A DNA stretch of 64,000 nt from Vicugna vicugna (lineage: Eukaryota), in assembly GCA_013265495.1 (NCBI GenBank), contig MU058781.1, forward strand, positions 6,724,522 through 6,788,521, read 5' to 3'. This document shows positions 37,385 to 51,098 of this stretch, in pieces (position 1 is the first letter of the stretch; every line of letters starts with the position of its first letter). The translations under genes and the position numbers were made by a program. The notes below the pieces were generated by a model. That model made no database searches. It saw only the letters and a list, made by a program, of their open reading frames with translations, and was not told the DNA's origin.

Positions 37385-39650
37385 TAATATGACCAACTAT
37401 AAGGAAAGCCCAAAACAGTCTGCAAAGAGATATTAGAATTAAGGAGAAATTAGTAAGGTAACTGCCTACAAAAATCAGTATATACTAGAGTCAACAGTGC
37501 TTCTAAGCTACAACAAAAAGACTCAGAAAAAGCAACTTTAAATGACCACTTGTGGTACATTCACACAACTGAATACCATACATCGATGAGAATGAACAAC
37601 CGACAGTTACAACTAGATGATCACAAAAATAACATCAGGCAGAAGCAGCCAGTTACAGAAGAACACAGCTAGACTCTATGACTCGTTTCCATAAGTACAA
37701 AAACAGGCCAAATTGGCCCATGCTTTTGGAGGTCAGGACAGCGGCAGCCCTTGGGAGGACGGCAGTAATGGAGAAGGAACACGAGGACGGCTGCTAGGGA
37801 ACTGCTCGTGTTCTGGGTTTTGATCTCGCTGCTGGTGCTTAGCTTTAAAATTCAGCAAGCTGTGCATTTATACACATAGAAAAAAATGAACCTATCATGT
37901 AATAAATTTCCATGAAAAGTTTTTTAAAGGATACCACTTACCATAGCAAAAAATAATAATAATAATTTAAGTACCTAGGTACAAATCTAACAAAAGCTGT
38001 TTAAGAAGTTTATGAAGACTTTTAAATTGAAAGTTTCTACTGCTAAAGAGGAAATTGAGAGAGAAATTCTCGGGTTGGCAAATTCCATACTGTAAAGATG
38101 TCAGTTCTTTACACATTGAGCTACGTGCCCAAGGCAATCACAACACAACTTCTTAATGGAAACCTACAAGAAGGACCAAGCGAATGCTGAAGCAGGGCAA
38201 AGTGGGGAAGCTGGCCCTGTGGTTATCAGAAATGCAGAGAACACAGTACTCAGGGACAGACACACAGGGCCCTGCAACAGAACAGAGAGCTCAGAACATG
38301 ATCCTCGGTTATCTGGAAGCCTGATAAAGACACAACCAGTACCACAGATGAGTGGGAAAGGCTGGACTACTCAATAAACAGTGCTGGGGCAATAGGTTAT
38401 CTGTGTGGAGAGAAAATTAATCCCTACCTCAGACCGTATTTTTTAAAAATCAATTTCAAGGATGTAAATCAAAGATTTAAATGTGAAAGGCAAAACTTAA
38501 AAATTTGTATTAGATAATACAAAGAGTATTTTTATGACTCTCAGGTAGTAAAGGACTGTTTTAAACAAGACACATAACATATTAACCTTAAATAAAAAGA
38601 GTAGGTTTGAGTACTTTCAACACTAGAATTTCTGACAATCAAAAGATTAAAACCAAGTGAAAAGAGAAACCACAAGCTGGGAAAAGATACCTGTATTTGA
38701 CAAAAGAGTGATATGCACAGTATGAAATAATTCCTAGGAATCAATTAGAAAAAAAGCAAAAAAATAAGCCAAGTGGGCAAAAAATGAGCAAGCACTTTAA
38801 AAAGAAAGCAAATTAATAGCAAAACAAATTAGTTCTGAAGGAAATGCAAATTAAAACCACAATTGACATAGTATTTCACATGCTCCAACTGATAGAAACT
38901 TTAAAGTTGGATAATATTAAGTACTGTCATTATCACAAGTAGCATCGTTATCATATACTACTGATGGTGATCTCACCACTTTGGAAAATAATTTTATACG
39001 TAAATAGAAAAATTCAACACGCACACATCCCACAATCCAGCAATAATGTGCATAGCAGCATTGTTCATAAAAGCCCAAACCTGGAAACTACCCAGATGTC
39101 CATCAACAACAGAAGGATAAACTGCAGTATATTCGTACAATGGAATACTGCACAACAGCAGAAGTGGATCAACTGCAGCTACATGCATCCACATGGACGA
39201 ATGAATTGCCAAAAAGAGTTGACTGTGGACGTGACTGCACAGAGGTACACATTCACCAACACTTAATCAAACTATATACTACATGGATAAATTTTACTAC
39301 ATGCAAATTATTGTACCTCAATAAAACTCTCTCCTCCAAAAGTTGAGCAAATAAAATGGGGAAAAAAGCATGAAGAGTATCATTCCATTTACAAAAAGAC
39401 CAACACATGGCAAACATAAAAGTAAATGTAGTTAAGTCATACAGAAAATTTAGAGAAAGAAGTGCACAGAAGTCAGAAGAGTAATTTCCTTTCAGGGACA
39501 ATGGAAAGGGATGGAATTAGGAAGGTCATACAAGGGGCTTCAGAAGACAAACTGGGTAGTGATACAGGGTATTTCAGTTTCTTAACTATTAAAACCCAAC
39601 ACATAAATGATACACTCCCCCTGTACTATATATGCAATGTTTCAGAAAAC
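37385..39650 (+). mobile_element. Mosaic of old L1 (L1M) ORF2 and 3'-end fragments
   Basis: gtacctaggtacaaatctaacaaaag, atactgtaaagatgtcagttct, aacagaacagagagctcagaa, caataaacagtgctggggcaat, ggaaatgcaaattaaaaccacaat, aaacctggaaactacccagatgtccatcaaca, tgtacctcaataaa. Several nested 3' ends are present. Confidence 0.8.
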
Positions 39651-41221
39651 ACTTTTACCTAAAGGAGATTTAAATAGTTCTATTTTAGAGGGCTCAACTG
39701 AAAGAGAACAAATTTATCTTAGCAAAATGTGATAATGATAATTAAGGCTAGCTATTTTGTTTTCAGGCTCCTCCTTAACTTCAAAATTTCACCGACTCAT
39801 TAATTTTCTAATTTTGGTTATATTCTTGGAAAATATACCCATAAATATTAAGGGATAAATGGCTAAGATGTATGCAACCTACTCTCAAACAGTTCAAAAG
39901 ATAAATTATATATATATATGTATAATATATGTTACATCTACACATACAGAAAGAGATATGATAAAGCCAACGCAGCAAAGGCTTAAAATGTGGAAGTTTG
40001 CTATTCTTGCAGCTTGACATTCTTTCAGTAATTCAAAAAAAAAAAGTTTTAAAACTGTTGCCCAGGGAGAGACTAAAAACTCAGCGTAAGAAACATCACT
40101 GGATACTGAGAACACACCTTTTATGCCTCTACCCTATTCTAACCATGTTGGATTATAATGAATCACATAACTGAGTTACCTGCTCCCTCCCCCTGGTCTC
40201 AGATGAAGAGGTGCTGGGATGAGCAGAATGACGCTTCAGAGCAGGACACTATTAAAGTGTCTTAGTCTAAAATCAACTGTCATCCAGGAGCGAAGGAGTT
40301 TCTTATAACACCGAAAGTGCAGGTGCTTTGGGAGGGGACACTGTAGGTTCACAAATTTCTGTTTCAAAAGAATACTGCTTTCTTTGGGGAATAAGACACA
40401 CAAAAAGACAAATATCTCCTAACTTCTGAAAACAGTGATAGAAATCAATTTACCCTCTCAAGCACTGTGGATTTTCTAAAGCAAAACAAGGGAAATGCAT
40501 GAAGGGAAATGTTTTAGTTCCCAAACTTGACACACATTCGATCGCTTGTCCTCTTTTACAGCATAGAAGGGCCATGCAGGAGAAAACAAGCTCTCTGAAA
40601 GCAAAATCCATACTCTAATAGATACCTCTTGACTGATGATAAATAGCTTCTTGTTTTACAGTATTAGATTCAAAATGAATACACGAGTCAAATGTACAAT
40701 ATAAAACATGACCTAAGGAAAAATAAGACCGGATGAGATGAGAGTGCACACCACCGCAAAGGAGGTGCTGAAACTCGCCGCTGACTATAAACCCACAGCT
40801 CATTAGAAATTTACATTAGCCTCCTCTGGGTCAAAAAGGCACTTTGCATAGGAAAATTTATCATGCCCTGGTTTGCCATAAGTATAAATCTTTTAGGGAA
40901 AAGCCACCAGAGTGTGTCATAGCTCATTGATAAGTTAATTACTAGTGAGACAAAGCACGTGACCAATGGCTTTGGGGGAAAAGTTCTGCTTAATATTTAT
41001 CACAGTAACCACAAAGGCCTTCCTGCTATGAATTAAAGCCAGCCACAACATTTTAATTCTGGCTACCGAGTGATTAGAGACATAACAGGCAGCTGCTGAT
41101 ATAATTCAGCACTTCAGTATAAACAACTGCGACAGTCTGGAGATTCTGGCTCTCTAAATGTATTTTAGTATAGGAAAAGAAAAACATGCTTAAAAACACA
41201 ATCATAAAACATACCTGACAC

Positions 41222-41372
41222 CAGTGTTCTTAATTTTCTAGAGTTGCAGAAAGCTTTGAAATTCTGATGAAAGATATGAACTCTCACCCTTGGAAATTGC
41301 ACGTGCATCCATAAACACATCATTTTACATTTAATTTCAGCAGGTTCACTGACCCCAGTTTAAAATGCCCTG
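41222..41372. mobile_element. MER103-like hAT-Charlie MITE
   Basis: ctttgaaattctgatgaaagatatgaactctcacccttggaaattgcac...ttttacatttaatttcagcaggttcactgaccccagtttaaaatgccctg. Confidence 0.65.
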
Positions 41373-42491
41373 CACCACACAGGCTGTCATAATACTGCAT
41401 GGAAGGGAGGGAGAGGGAGGGAGGAAGAAAAGAAAAGAAAGAAAAGGAGTGCCAACTCAAGCTTTTATGCCTAAAGAATGACAGACTAAGAGGCCAAAAC
41501 TAAACACAGTTAAGAGACAACAAAATATACTACTGGTGGACTTCAAAAGTTATCATTATAATAGGTTCATATTAATAAAATTCACTAATTAACCAAAGTA
41601 ATAACATTCCTACAAAATGCAGCCACAAACTTATTTTAGCTAGCTCCCTTCTTCCTAAACAAAGACTTGCACTAAGACAATTATTAATTACAACCAATTT
41701 ACTGGGCACTCACAATGCAAGAGTCTGTTGAAAACAAAAACTATTGACCCAAATAGTTTTCCTCGGATATAGTCTGCAGCATACTGCTCTAATTGTTTAA
41801 CTTAATCCTTGTTCTTTTGTAAATCCTTGTTCAAATGTAAATTACATCTGGCAGAGCCTCAGAGTGTGGGGTGTCTGATCTTTTCTGTTGATTTCCGTAA
41901 ATACAAAATTACAAATCTCTCTTCCTAACATACAAGGAAAAGAAGAGCTGTGAGCAAGCTGATTCCCTTCTAACAAACCAGAGGGGATTTGAACAAATCT
42001 GAATGCAAACTTTTATTTCTGATTAGGGAAGCAGAAGATTAAAAATATAATTACTCAAATACATGAGATGTTATAAAACAATTTATTAATGGATTATCAA
42101 AATAAAGCACTGTAATTATGGATTTCACTGGTCAAATTTACCTTTTTATATTCTTTAGGATCAACAGACAGTAGAACATAGGCACACAAACACACATTCC
42201 TTTTTTGTACTCTATTTTCTGGATGAGTGCCCCATGGAATTTTAACAAAAGCATTATTTACTCAACAGTTGAGCATCTGACAAAATTACAAAGCTAAAAC
42301 TAGCTCTCAATCTTAGGAATTTATCTTTATTTCTCTAATAATCCTCAAGTACACTTTTAGTCGTACCGCACCAAATCCAGATGCAACATTAAGAAAATAC
42401 TTAAAGATTAGTCATCCACCTAAAAAAACTCCTCTAATTACTGAAGGATTTTAATTTTTTTCTTAATTTTAAATATCTTAAAAGAATACTA

Positions 42492-43158
42492 AATCAAAAC
42501 TGCAATGAGGTATCACCCCACACCAGTCAGAATGGCCATCATTCAAAACTCCACAAATGATAAATGCTCAAGAAGATGTGGAGAAAAGGGAACCCTCCTA
42601 CACTGTTGATGAGAATGTAGTTTGGTGCAGCCATTATGGAAAACAGTATGGAGAAGCTGTGGTATATTTATACAACAGAATACTACTCAACCATAAAAAA
42701 TAAAATAATGCCATTTGTAGCAACATGGATGGATCTGGAGATTGTCATTCTAAGTAAAGTAAGCCAGAAAGAGAAAGAAAAATACCATATGATATCACTC
42801 ATGTGTGGAATCTAAAAAAAAAAAGAAAAAAAAACAAAACAGGACACTAATGAATTCATTGACAAAACAGAAACAGAGTTGTGGACATGGTAAACAATCT
42901 TGTGGTTACCGGGTGAAAGGGGGTGGGAAGGGATAAACTCGGGAGTTTGAGACTTGTATATAATAACCACTATATGTAAAAACATAAAAAAATTTATTCT
43001 GTATAGCACAGGGAACTATATTCAATATCTCATAATAACCTGTAATGAAAAAGAATATGAAAAGAATATACGTCTGTATATACATGACTGGGACACTATG
43101 CTGTACACCAAAAACTCACACATTGTAACTGACTATACCTCAATTAAAAAGAAAAAAA
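42492..43158 (+). mobile_element. Relatively young 5'-truncated L1 with an internal deletion
   Basis: aatcaaaactgcaatgaggtatcaccccacaccagtcagaatggccatc... with the same 3' end family as 36145-36697 and an A-tail. Possible degenerate TSD aagaatacta / aggaattcta. Confidence 0.92.
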
Positions 43159-43284
43159 GGAATTCTATTGGCTGTGAATAACTAAACACATGGGCTCTTC
43201 CTAACCCATGCCTAAGGGGCTCCACACTGCTGACATCACTTTATACGTCTCCTCTAATGGAATTCTCCCTATACTTCATTTTTC

Positions 43285-43710
43285 TTAAATAACAACTCTA
43301 TTGGGATATAATCCATAGACCAAAGAAGCCACCCAGTTAACATGTACAGTCCAGCGGGTTTTGGCATATTCACAGAGTTGTTCAGTCATCACCACAACTG
43401 ACTGTAGAACATTCTCAACACCCCAAAAGGAAATCTCATACCCATTTGCAGTCTCCTATTTTTCCCCCAGCCCCCTAGGCCTAGACAAGCACCAATCACT
43501 CTTTCTCTATGGATTTGACATTTCATAGAAATGGAATCATATAGTATGTGGTCCTTTATGATTGGCTTCTTTCACTTAGCATAATGTTTTAAAGGCCTGT
43601 GCATGTTTAGCACACATCAGTACGTCACTCCTTTTTATTCAAACAATATCCCACTGCATGGAGAGACCACATTTTATTTATCTAGTCATCAGCTATTGGC
43701 CATTTAGGAC
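43285..43710 (-). mobile_element. L1MB-like 3' end (antisense)
   Basis: gcatattcacagagttgttcagtcatcaccacaac...catttcatagaaatggaatcatatagtatgtggtccttt...ggcttctttcacttagcataatgtttt. Confidence 0.88.
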
Positions 43711-43784
43711 CTCATTTTCATCAAATCTTTTTTTCTTAGAAAAAAATTTCTTTAGACTTCTATAAATATTTTTATATGATTTTC

Positions 43785-44220
43785 CTAGAAGCAATTTGGC
43801 AGTCTGTATTTAAAATTTCAATGTTCACATCCTTTTACCTAGGTTTTTAACTTTAAAAATGTATACTAAGGAAATGGTTAAAAAGGCAAAGATGAATATG
43901 TAATGATGCTCACTGTTTATAGTGAAAAATTATCCATCTACATCCAATAATAAGAGAATAAGAAAATAAATTATCATTCATCCATATAATGAAGTATTGT
44001 TAAAAAATAGTTAAAAAGAATGAGATAGCTACATATATATTACCAGGGAAAAGAAGAAGTTACTCTGTTAAGTTAAAAAGCAGCTTAGAGAATTGTTCAT
44101 AAACACATATATATACACATACATACATACATATATAGCTGCCTGAATACACACTCAAACTCCCTCTCTCTTTCTCGGTGGATACACTCTAAACTTTAAA
44201 AATGATTGCCCTTAGGGAAT
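43785..44220 (+). mobile_element. Old L1ME-like fragment
   Basis: gcaatttggcagtctgtatttaaaattt...ccttttacctag...tatactaaggaaat...aaataaattatcattcatccatataatgaa. Confidence 0.65.
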
Positions 44221-45269
44221 AAAAAGGAAGTAGGAAGTTTCTTGTTTATCACTTACTCTCTTAATAACCAGAGGGAAAAGCGGAAAAAAAAATTTTTTAA
44301 GTCCCTGTGTGATAGGTACTACTTAAGTGAAATTGCAAAAAACTCTTGGAAACTAAACAATTAGATCAGCATTTTTGAACTGGTATTAAACTTCTATGGT
44401 TCAAGGACATCTTTCCTCCCTTTTTTGGGCGGGGAAGGGCTAAGATCTTCCCAAATCCCCTCATTCCTCAGTTGTGGGACAGTCAGTAAATGTAGTTTAC
44501 TAAACATGCTACTGGTATTACACTTGAAGTATAATATACAATACAGTAAAATACAATATTAGGCTTCTCCAGAAAAACTTTTCCTAGTGTTTATTCTAAT
44601 TATCTGATTTTGCATTCTTTTCAATGCTCTATCTTCCTTTGCATTGTATTTAAGAAATTTTCACCACAGACAGAATTATATTGATTCTGTGACCAAAGCT
44701 TAACTGGCTATTACATGTAGGTTTACAAGGACTTTTATACAATTCTTTAAAGTCAGAATCACTGAACATGAGAGTCAGCAGAAGCCTCAGATATGATCCA
44801 GTCCAACCTCCTCAATTTACAAACTGGGGCTGTTTCTGCAGATGTTAAGCTACTTGCCCAGGGTCTGGCAGTCAGCAGCCAAGCCAGGACTAGAATGTGG
44901 GTTTCTACTGTTTTTATTTAAACACAACCACAACAAACCTCTCCTACCAATTCATCTAACTGCCACTCTGCTTGCTTTCATTTCTGTAGCACTCAGGGAA
45001 ATAGCTGACAGGACAAAGTTTCATGTGGATTTTTCTCCCCACACACCAGTCTGGACATCTGGCTAAACAAATTACATGGACAGAAAGTAAAATCTTCCCT
45101 ATAATTTCCACAAATATATTTGAACAAGCATCTTTCTTGAGCAAACACAACAAGACGCATTCACTCGATGTTTCAGATCATAAATACAATTTCTTAAAAA
45201 TAAATATTACTTTAAATCTTATGGTCTAGCAATTTGAGGGTGGACAGTAAGCAAAGTAAGCTGATATAG

Positions 45270-45490
45270 GATCAGTGCTGGGCATTGTCCTAAGCACTCT
45301 TCAGGTGTTAACTCATGAAATCCTTACATCCACTTCAAGCAGGTCCTGTCATCTTCATCTACAAATGAGGAAACTGCAGCACGGAGAGGTCAGGTAACTC
45401 ATCCAGGGTCATACAGCAGTAGATGAAAAAGCTGGCATTTGCACTCAGACAGTCTGGTTCTGGAGTCTGTCCCTTTAACCACTATCCTAT
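45270..45490 (-). mobile_element. MIR (antisense)
   Basis: gtgctgggcattgtcctaagcact...ttaactcatgaaatcctt...acaaatgaggaaactgcagcacggagaggtcaggtaactcatccagggtcatacagc...cagacagtctggttctggagtc. Confidence 0.85.
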
Positions 45491-47672
45491 GGGTCCATTG
45501 TGAGGAAGGTGCAGAAAAATCCCCAATGTGTGCATGCTCTTTCAAAGACTGTCAACAATGCAGGTCTGAGTGCACCTGCCTGTGGTCCTTCCTTCCGAAA
45601 TGAATTAGCAAAGTCTGATCCACCATCTACTTCTTGCCTAGCGCTGTAAGAACAGCCAAAATAGAAACACGAAATTGAAGACAGGATCTCAATACGTAAG
45701 AAACTAACAATCTAACTAGGAAGGCATGTCATGCTTAAAAGAAATAATTAGTGAAGGTAGTGCTAGGGTCATCACAACATCTGGAGACATGATGCTTAGG
45801 GACTATCTAACAGCCTGAGAGAGGTTTTTTCCTTCCTATTCACATTGTCATGAAGCTTACCATCACCATGGCTCCCACGCTTTTTCAAAAAGATTTAAAG
45901 GAGCACTCTGAAGTCTTCAGCCAGTCTTCCTCCAGGAAACATTCACAGAGAACATTTTTAACCATGAACTGTCTCTAAAAACTGTCACAAAATCCTGCTA
46001 TTGAAGCAGCCTTCTGTCCGATAACCTGACACAGAAACAGAAAGCTCTTCATACAATAGACACCGCCTCTATAAATCACTAAGCTTTCATTCAGTTACAA
46101 TTTTACCTGGTGCACCATGAGGGATTGAATCAAAGCACAGTCACCAACTATTCTAATCCACTGTAATTTGTCTTCAGTGATACTGATCTCCTCTATCACT
46201 GTCTCCAGATGGTCCCTCAAATCCACCTAAACTCCTCAAAAGATACTGAAGTGGCCTTGCAAAATCTCCTCCCTGGAAAATGATATCTCTGGCCCTCTAG
46301 GCAGAAAAATTTCTTGCAATTGCTCTTTAAGAAAACTTATATTTGTACAGGGGGTTCTGCACAGCACACATATAACTCTGTATCTGGTGGAAACTACATA
46401 CACCAGGCTTCTGAGTATCTAAAATCGTTAAGCAAAATGTCTACAAATATCCTAATACATAGCTTGTTTCTTATAACATTGGTTGTCAAGCTATAAATAG
46501 TGAAGATCATTCTCTATAAACGTAGTACAGCTGTTATTTGAATTTTGAGAGGCAAAGACTACAATTGGATACTCTAACAGCAGTTTACTTTTTCCCATCT
46601 ACTATCCTCAAAGTATTTCAAATTGCAAACTTCTGTTCAATTGCTTCATCACCTTGAATGTATAATGTAGTATTTTCAGTTAATTCTCAGTGTATGATTT
46701 ATTCTTTGTATTTTAATTTCACTTACTCCATCTAATCCATTGTCATGGTTTTACTCACCCTGACATCAAATTGATTTTCATCCTCTATTTATATTCTTTT
46801 CTGTATAAAAATCCAATTATGAAATTATTTGGAGGATGCTAACATTTTTGTGTTATTTATCTCTAAATGAAAAATTAATATGTTGGGAGCTACATACAAG
46901 TCACTGTTTAAGGAGCTACATACATCTTCTCAATCCTTCAATGTTTATTGTAAGCCTTTGTGCCAAGTATACAATGACAAGTAAAACTGACATGATGCCA
47001 GAGGCTTCATGAGGCCATCTAGAGACATTCACGTTCACAGAGCCTGCATGGAACACGCCATACTCGCACAAAATCATGCATTTCATGTACCTTTGCAAAT
47101 TGTGCTTCATTAATTGTGCTCCGTTATGTTTGGGAGCTGCAGTGCAAACAGAGTTTTATAAAATATTCAGTTGCCACCAAAAATAAAATTCTCAAAATAC
47201 CAGATGTTTCCCTGCATGAACACGTACGAGTCAAGAGTTTGGGAAGCAGGAGAGGAAAGAATGTATTCTTAGAAAAATAAACCGGCTGGAAACAGGCAGT
47301 CACTAAACAACCCTAAAATAAGATGATCCCAACATCTTTTGTATCAGTAGTTTTCTCCCCAACAAGTAGAGAGCTACCCTGCCTAAAGTAGAAGATAGAT
47401 CACTTTCAATTTACGTTTATTAAACCTCCACATTAACCCAAAACTGAATATGAACATTCAGGACATCTAATGGTGGTTACAATATTACTACTACCTCTAC
47501 ACCTACATGCAGTTCCTCACGCAACTCAAAGTTCTCAGTTCCCACCAATCAACATGCCCTCCCCAGGAGGTTACGGTCACTAGGAAAAGTTGCATCATGC
47601 ATTCACTTTGAATGGCATTTGTGATCCCCCAATCAGGAGAGAAATGTTAGGGAGTTAAAAGTTGCCAATGTG

Positions 47673-47901
47673 TTACCACATTCTGTTGATTCTTATTTTG
47701 TAGTTGGCTTTATTCTTTTGATAACTATGTAAGTTTAAAAAGTTAGAGATCTAATCTGTTCTTAGAAACAATAATTAGTACATATACGAAAACTAAAAAA
47801 AAATGTGCAGTATACTGTATATACGTATTTACACGCAATGTAATGTGTATGTGCTGTCGCACTGTAATAATTCTACATAATAAAACTTAAAAAGGGGGAA
47901 A
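47673..47901 (+). mobile_element. L1-machinery retro-insertion of unrecognised cargo (mRNA 3'UTR retrocopy, orphan transduction or HAL1-like 3' end)
   Basis: TSD aaaagttgccaatgtg (47657-47672) / aaaggttgccaatgtg (47902-47917), TT|AAAA insertion site, and AATAAA at 47879-47884 followed by an A-rich tail. Confidence 0.75.
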
Positions 47902-47949
47902 AAAAGGTTGCCAATGTGGTAGGATCATAAGAAAAGAGTGTGAGTCAAT

Positions 47950-49065
47950 GAAAAATTAAAAATAAAAAATTCTTCACAGCAAAAGAAACAATCAACAAAA
48001 TGAAAAGGGAGAAAATAGAGTGGGAGAAGATATCTGCAGATCATATATGGGATAAGGAGTTAATATCCAAAATACATAAAGAGCTCATGTAACTCAATAA
48101 CAACAACAAAAAAACAAAACCCCAAACATCTGATTTAAAAATTGCAGAGGAATGAAATAGACACTTTTCCAAAGAAGATATTCAAATGGCCAACAGGTAC
48201 ATAACAAGATGCCCAACACCACTAACTGTCAGCAAAATGCAAATCAAAACTGCAGTGAAATATCATCTCACACCTGCTAGAATGGCTTTCATCAAGAAGA
48301 AAGGAGACAACAAACATTTCCAAGAATGTGGAAAAAAGGGAACCTTTGGACACTGTTGGTGGGAATGCAAATTGGTACAGCCACCATGGAAAATAATATG
48401 GAGGTTTCTCAAAACATTAAAAACAGAACTACCATATGGTCAGGCAATTCCACTTCTGAGCACACACCCAAAGGAAATAAAAACACAAGATACTGAAGAG
48501 AAACATGCATTCTCATGATTATTGCAACATTATTCACAATAGCCAAGATATGGAAATAGAAACAACCTACGTTATGAATTAATCAGTCATCAATAGATGA
48601 ATAGATAAAGAAAACACAAACACACACACACACACACACACTAGTCAGCCATGAGAAAGAAGGAAATCTTGCCATTTGCAACAACACAGATGGACCCTAA
48701 GGCCATTATGCTAAGTGCAATAAGCCAGACAAAGAAAGACAAATACTGTATGATATCACATATGTGGAATCTAAGAAAAGTTGAACTCATAAAAACAGAA
48801 TAAAATGGTGGCTACCACGGGTTGGAAGACATGTTGTTTCAGGGAACAAATCTGCAACTAGGAGATAAATAAGTCCTGGAGATCTAAGGCACGATATAGC
48901 AATTATAGATAATACTGAATTATAAACATCAGACTTGCTAAGGGACTAGAGCCTAATTACTGCTACCACAAAAAAGAAATAATTTTATGATGTGATAAGA
49001 GGCACTAACCAACACTACAATGGCAGTCATACTGCAATGACTACGTTTATCAAATCAGCACGTCA
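47950..49065 (+). mobile_element. L1MA-like element (ORF2 C-terminus and 3' UTR)
   Basis: ORF 48186-48518 (MANRYITRC...[21 protein letters not shown]...[28 protein letters not shown]) is the L1 ORF2p C-terminal region. L1MA-type 3' UTR follows, with an internal (CA)n at about 48617-48641. Confidence 0.93.
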
Positions 49066-50324
49066 AATATATTCCAACTTTAAAATTCTTTGGGAATGGA
49101 GAGTCATAAAAAATAACTGTGGATTTTACTTTGCCTGGGACTACTAATGGATCACAAAGGTTTGTTGACTGAACTTAACAAATGAATATAACTAAAAATA
49201 ACCATGCTGAACTTCAAAACCAAGACCTCTTTGTTAAGCAAAACTTTTTCCACAAATAATGTTTTTCTTGTATACTCTAAATATGCAATTATGAATATAA
49301 TCAGGTTGCCCAAAAAAGCAGTAACTATTTTAGAGTAATAGCCTTCAACACTATTATGTGAGAGGACAATCATATCAATTATAGTTGGAGGGAAGTTACA
49401 AGAAGCCTCCCGCCTTCTTTCCCCCAGGAGATGTATGAGAATATCACCTCTCAGAGGGATGTGAGATCTTTAAGTTGATCCAAAGGGGCCATGGTTTGAA
49501 ATGTTTGAGAAATACTTCCTATGTCATTCCTTAGGAGAGAAATGTTATTCCCAGGAAAATGAGGGTAAGTAAAGAACTGTGATGGACTGTGGTGTCCATG
49601 ACAGAGCAGTGCCTGAGAAACAGCAAAGCAAACGTGAATGGAGCTGAGAAGAAGTGGCTCTACCACTAAGGAGGGAGTTCAGAGGACCACAAACCATCAA
49701 CTCCTTCGATGTGCTCTTGAGTGCCCATCCTCACACTAGACACCTTTGATACATCAAAATAAAAGAAGCTAATAAGCCTTCTTTCAAGAAGCTTACAATT
49801 TTAACTATAAAAATGCAAATGAACAAATTCATGATAACACAGTTAAAATTATCTAAATAATGTCAAGGGGGGGTTGGAGTTAAGACAAGGGCCAGAGAAA
49901 GGAGGATGTATTTTGAATTATCTAAAAGGAACTAATGAACATGAGTCTGAAAAGGAGGCTAAAAGAGCATTTCACTGGAGAAAATGAGAATGTAAGAACT
50001 TGAATGTGCAATTTAATAAGTATCTGGACATGGTCAGGGGATGGACTTTGCTGGAGGAAGGGAGTGAGGAAACTTGATAAGGGGGTAGCAACTGATGTGC
50101 AGATGATAAAGTTATTAAAATATGAGCTAAACCAAATCCCAGCAAGCAAGTCAGGGACTTGAAATCACCACAGAATTGGCCCAATAAGCACCAAACATAT
50201 TTTAAGCCCTTTATATTACCCCTTAATTAAGCTCGACCCAAGAGAGGCAAACTACACTTAAAATATTTTACCAACTGACTGCCATAAATTAAACAGACAA
50301 AAATAGTCCAGTCAAAGTGACGGT

Positions 50325-50590
50325 ATTTAAGTTTGGGGGATCTAATGCACAGTATGGCAGTTAAGAGTTAATAATATTATATCATATACCTGGAAGCTGC
50401 TATGAGATCGGATCTTAAATGCTCTCACCACAAAAGAGAAATGGTAATTATGTGGCGTGATGGAAGTGTTAGCTAAGCTAAGGTGGTGATCATTTTGCAA
50501 CATACAAGTCTATCAAATCAATATCTTGTATACCTTAAAGTTACACAATGTCCTATTTCAATTATATCTCAATAAACCTGGGAGGGGGGA
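50325..50590 (+). mobile_element. L1MA9-like 3' end
   Basis: ggggatctaatgcacagtatgg...gatcttaaatgctctcaccacaaaa...ggtaattatgtggcgtgatggaagtgttagcta...caattatatctcaataaacctggg. Confidence 0.88.
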
Positions 50591-50949
50591 CATGACTGCA
50601 TTGACAGTAAAGACGTTGCTGAGAACACTGTTGACTAAATGACCACTGTAAGAGGATAAGGAGACATCCAGGGCTTAGTAATAAGAATAGCTGTTTTATT
50701 TTTGAGCCACCAGTTTGTTTTCTTTTTATAGACAATCATATAACTGACAATGTTTTCCTTTCTGCATGGGCTTCTAGGATATTCCAGCCAAATATAAGGT
50801 CCACCTCCAGCAATTCCACAGACTTTACAATGTACACTGGTCATCTTACTCCCAGCTTCAAATTATTTCTCTTATTCTCCTCAGGAACCAAGCCCTGTGT
50901 TCCAGTCTGTGCGCTGGAGCGCTCAGTGTTTCGCTGGTGATTCTGTCTT

Positions 50950-51098
50950 TTATCCACATTTTAACATATTGGAATTGGGACACATCTTACAATCGGAGTT
51001 TAATGGCTCAATTAGTGAGTTTTTCTTTCTTTTGTGGCACCTCAACACTGACAAGTCTTATAATTGACAGCATTTTAGATTCAGTAAAAATACAGTAA
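50950..51098. mobile_element. Ancient Tigger-type (MamRep434-like) MITE fragment
   Basis: catcttacaatc...gtcttataattgacagcattttagattcagtaaaaatacagta resembles the recalled terminus ending in a TA site. Confidence 0.4.

Noticed and set aside
48186..48518. 110-aa ORF as a host gene exon
   Set aside because: It is the C-terminal part of L1 ORF2p in a truncated element.
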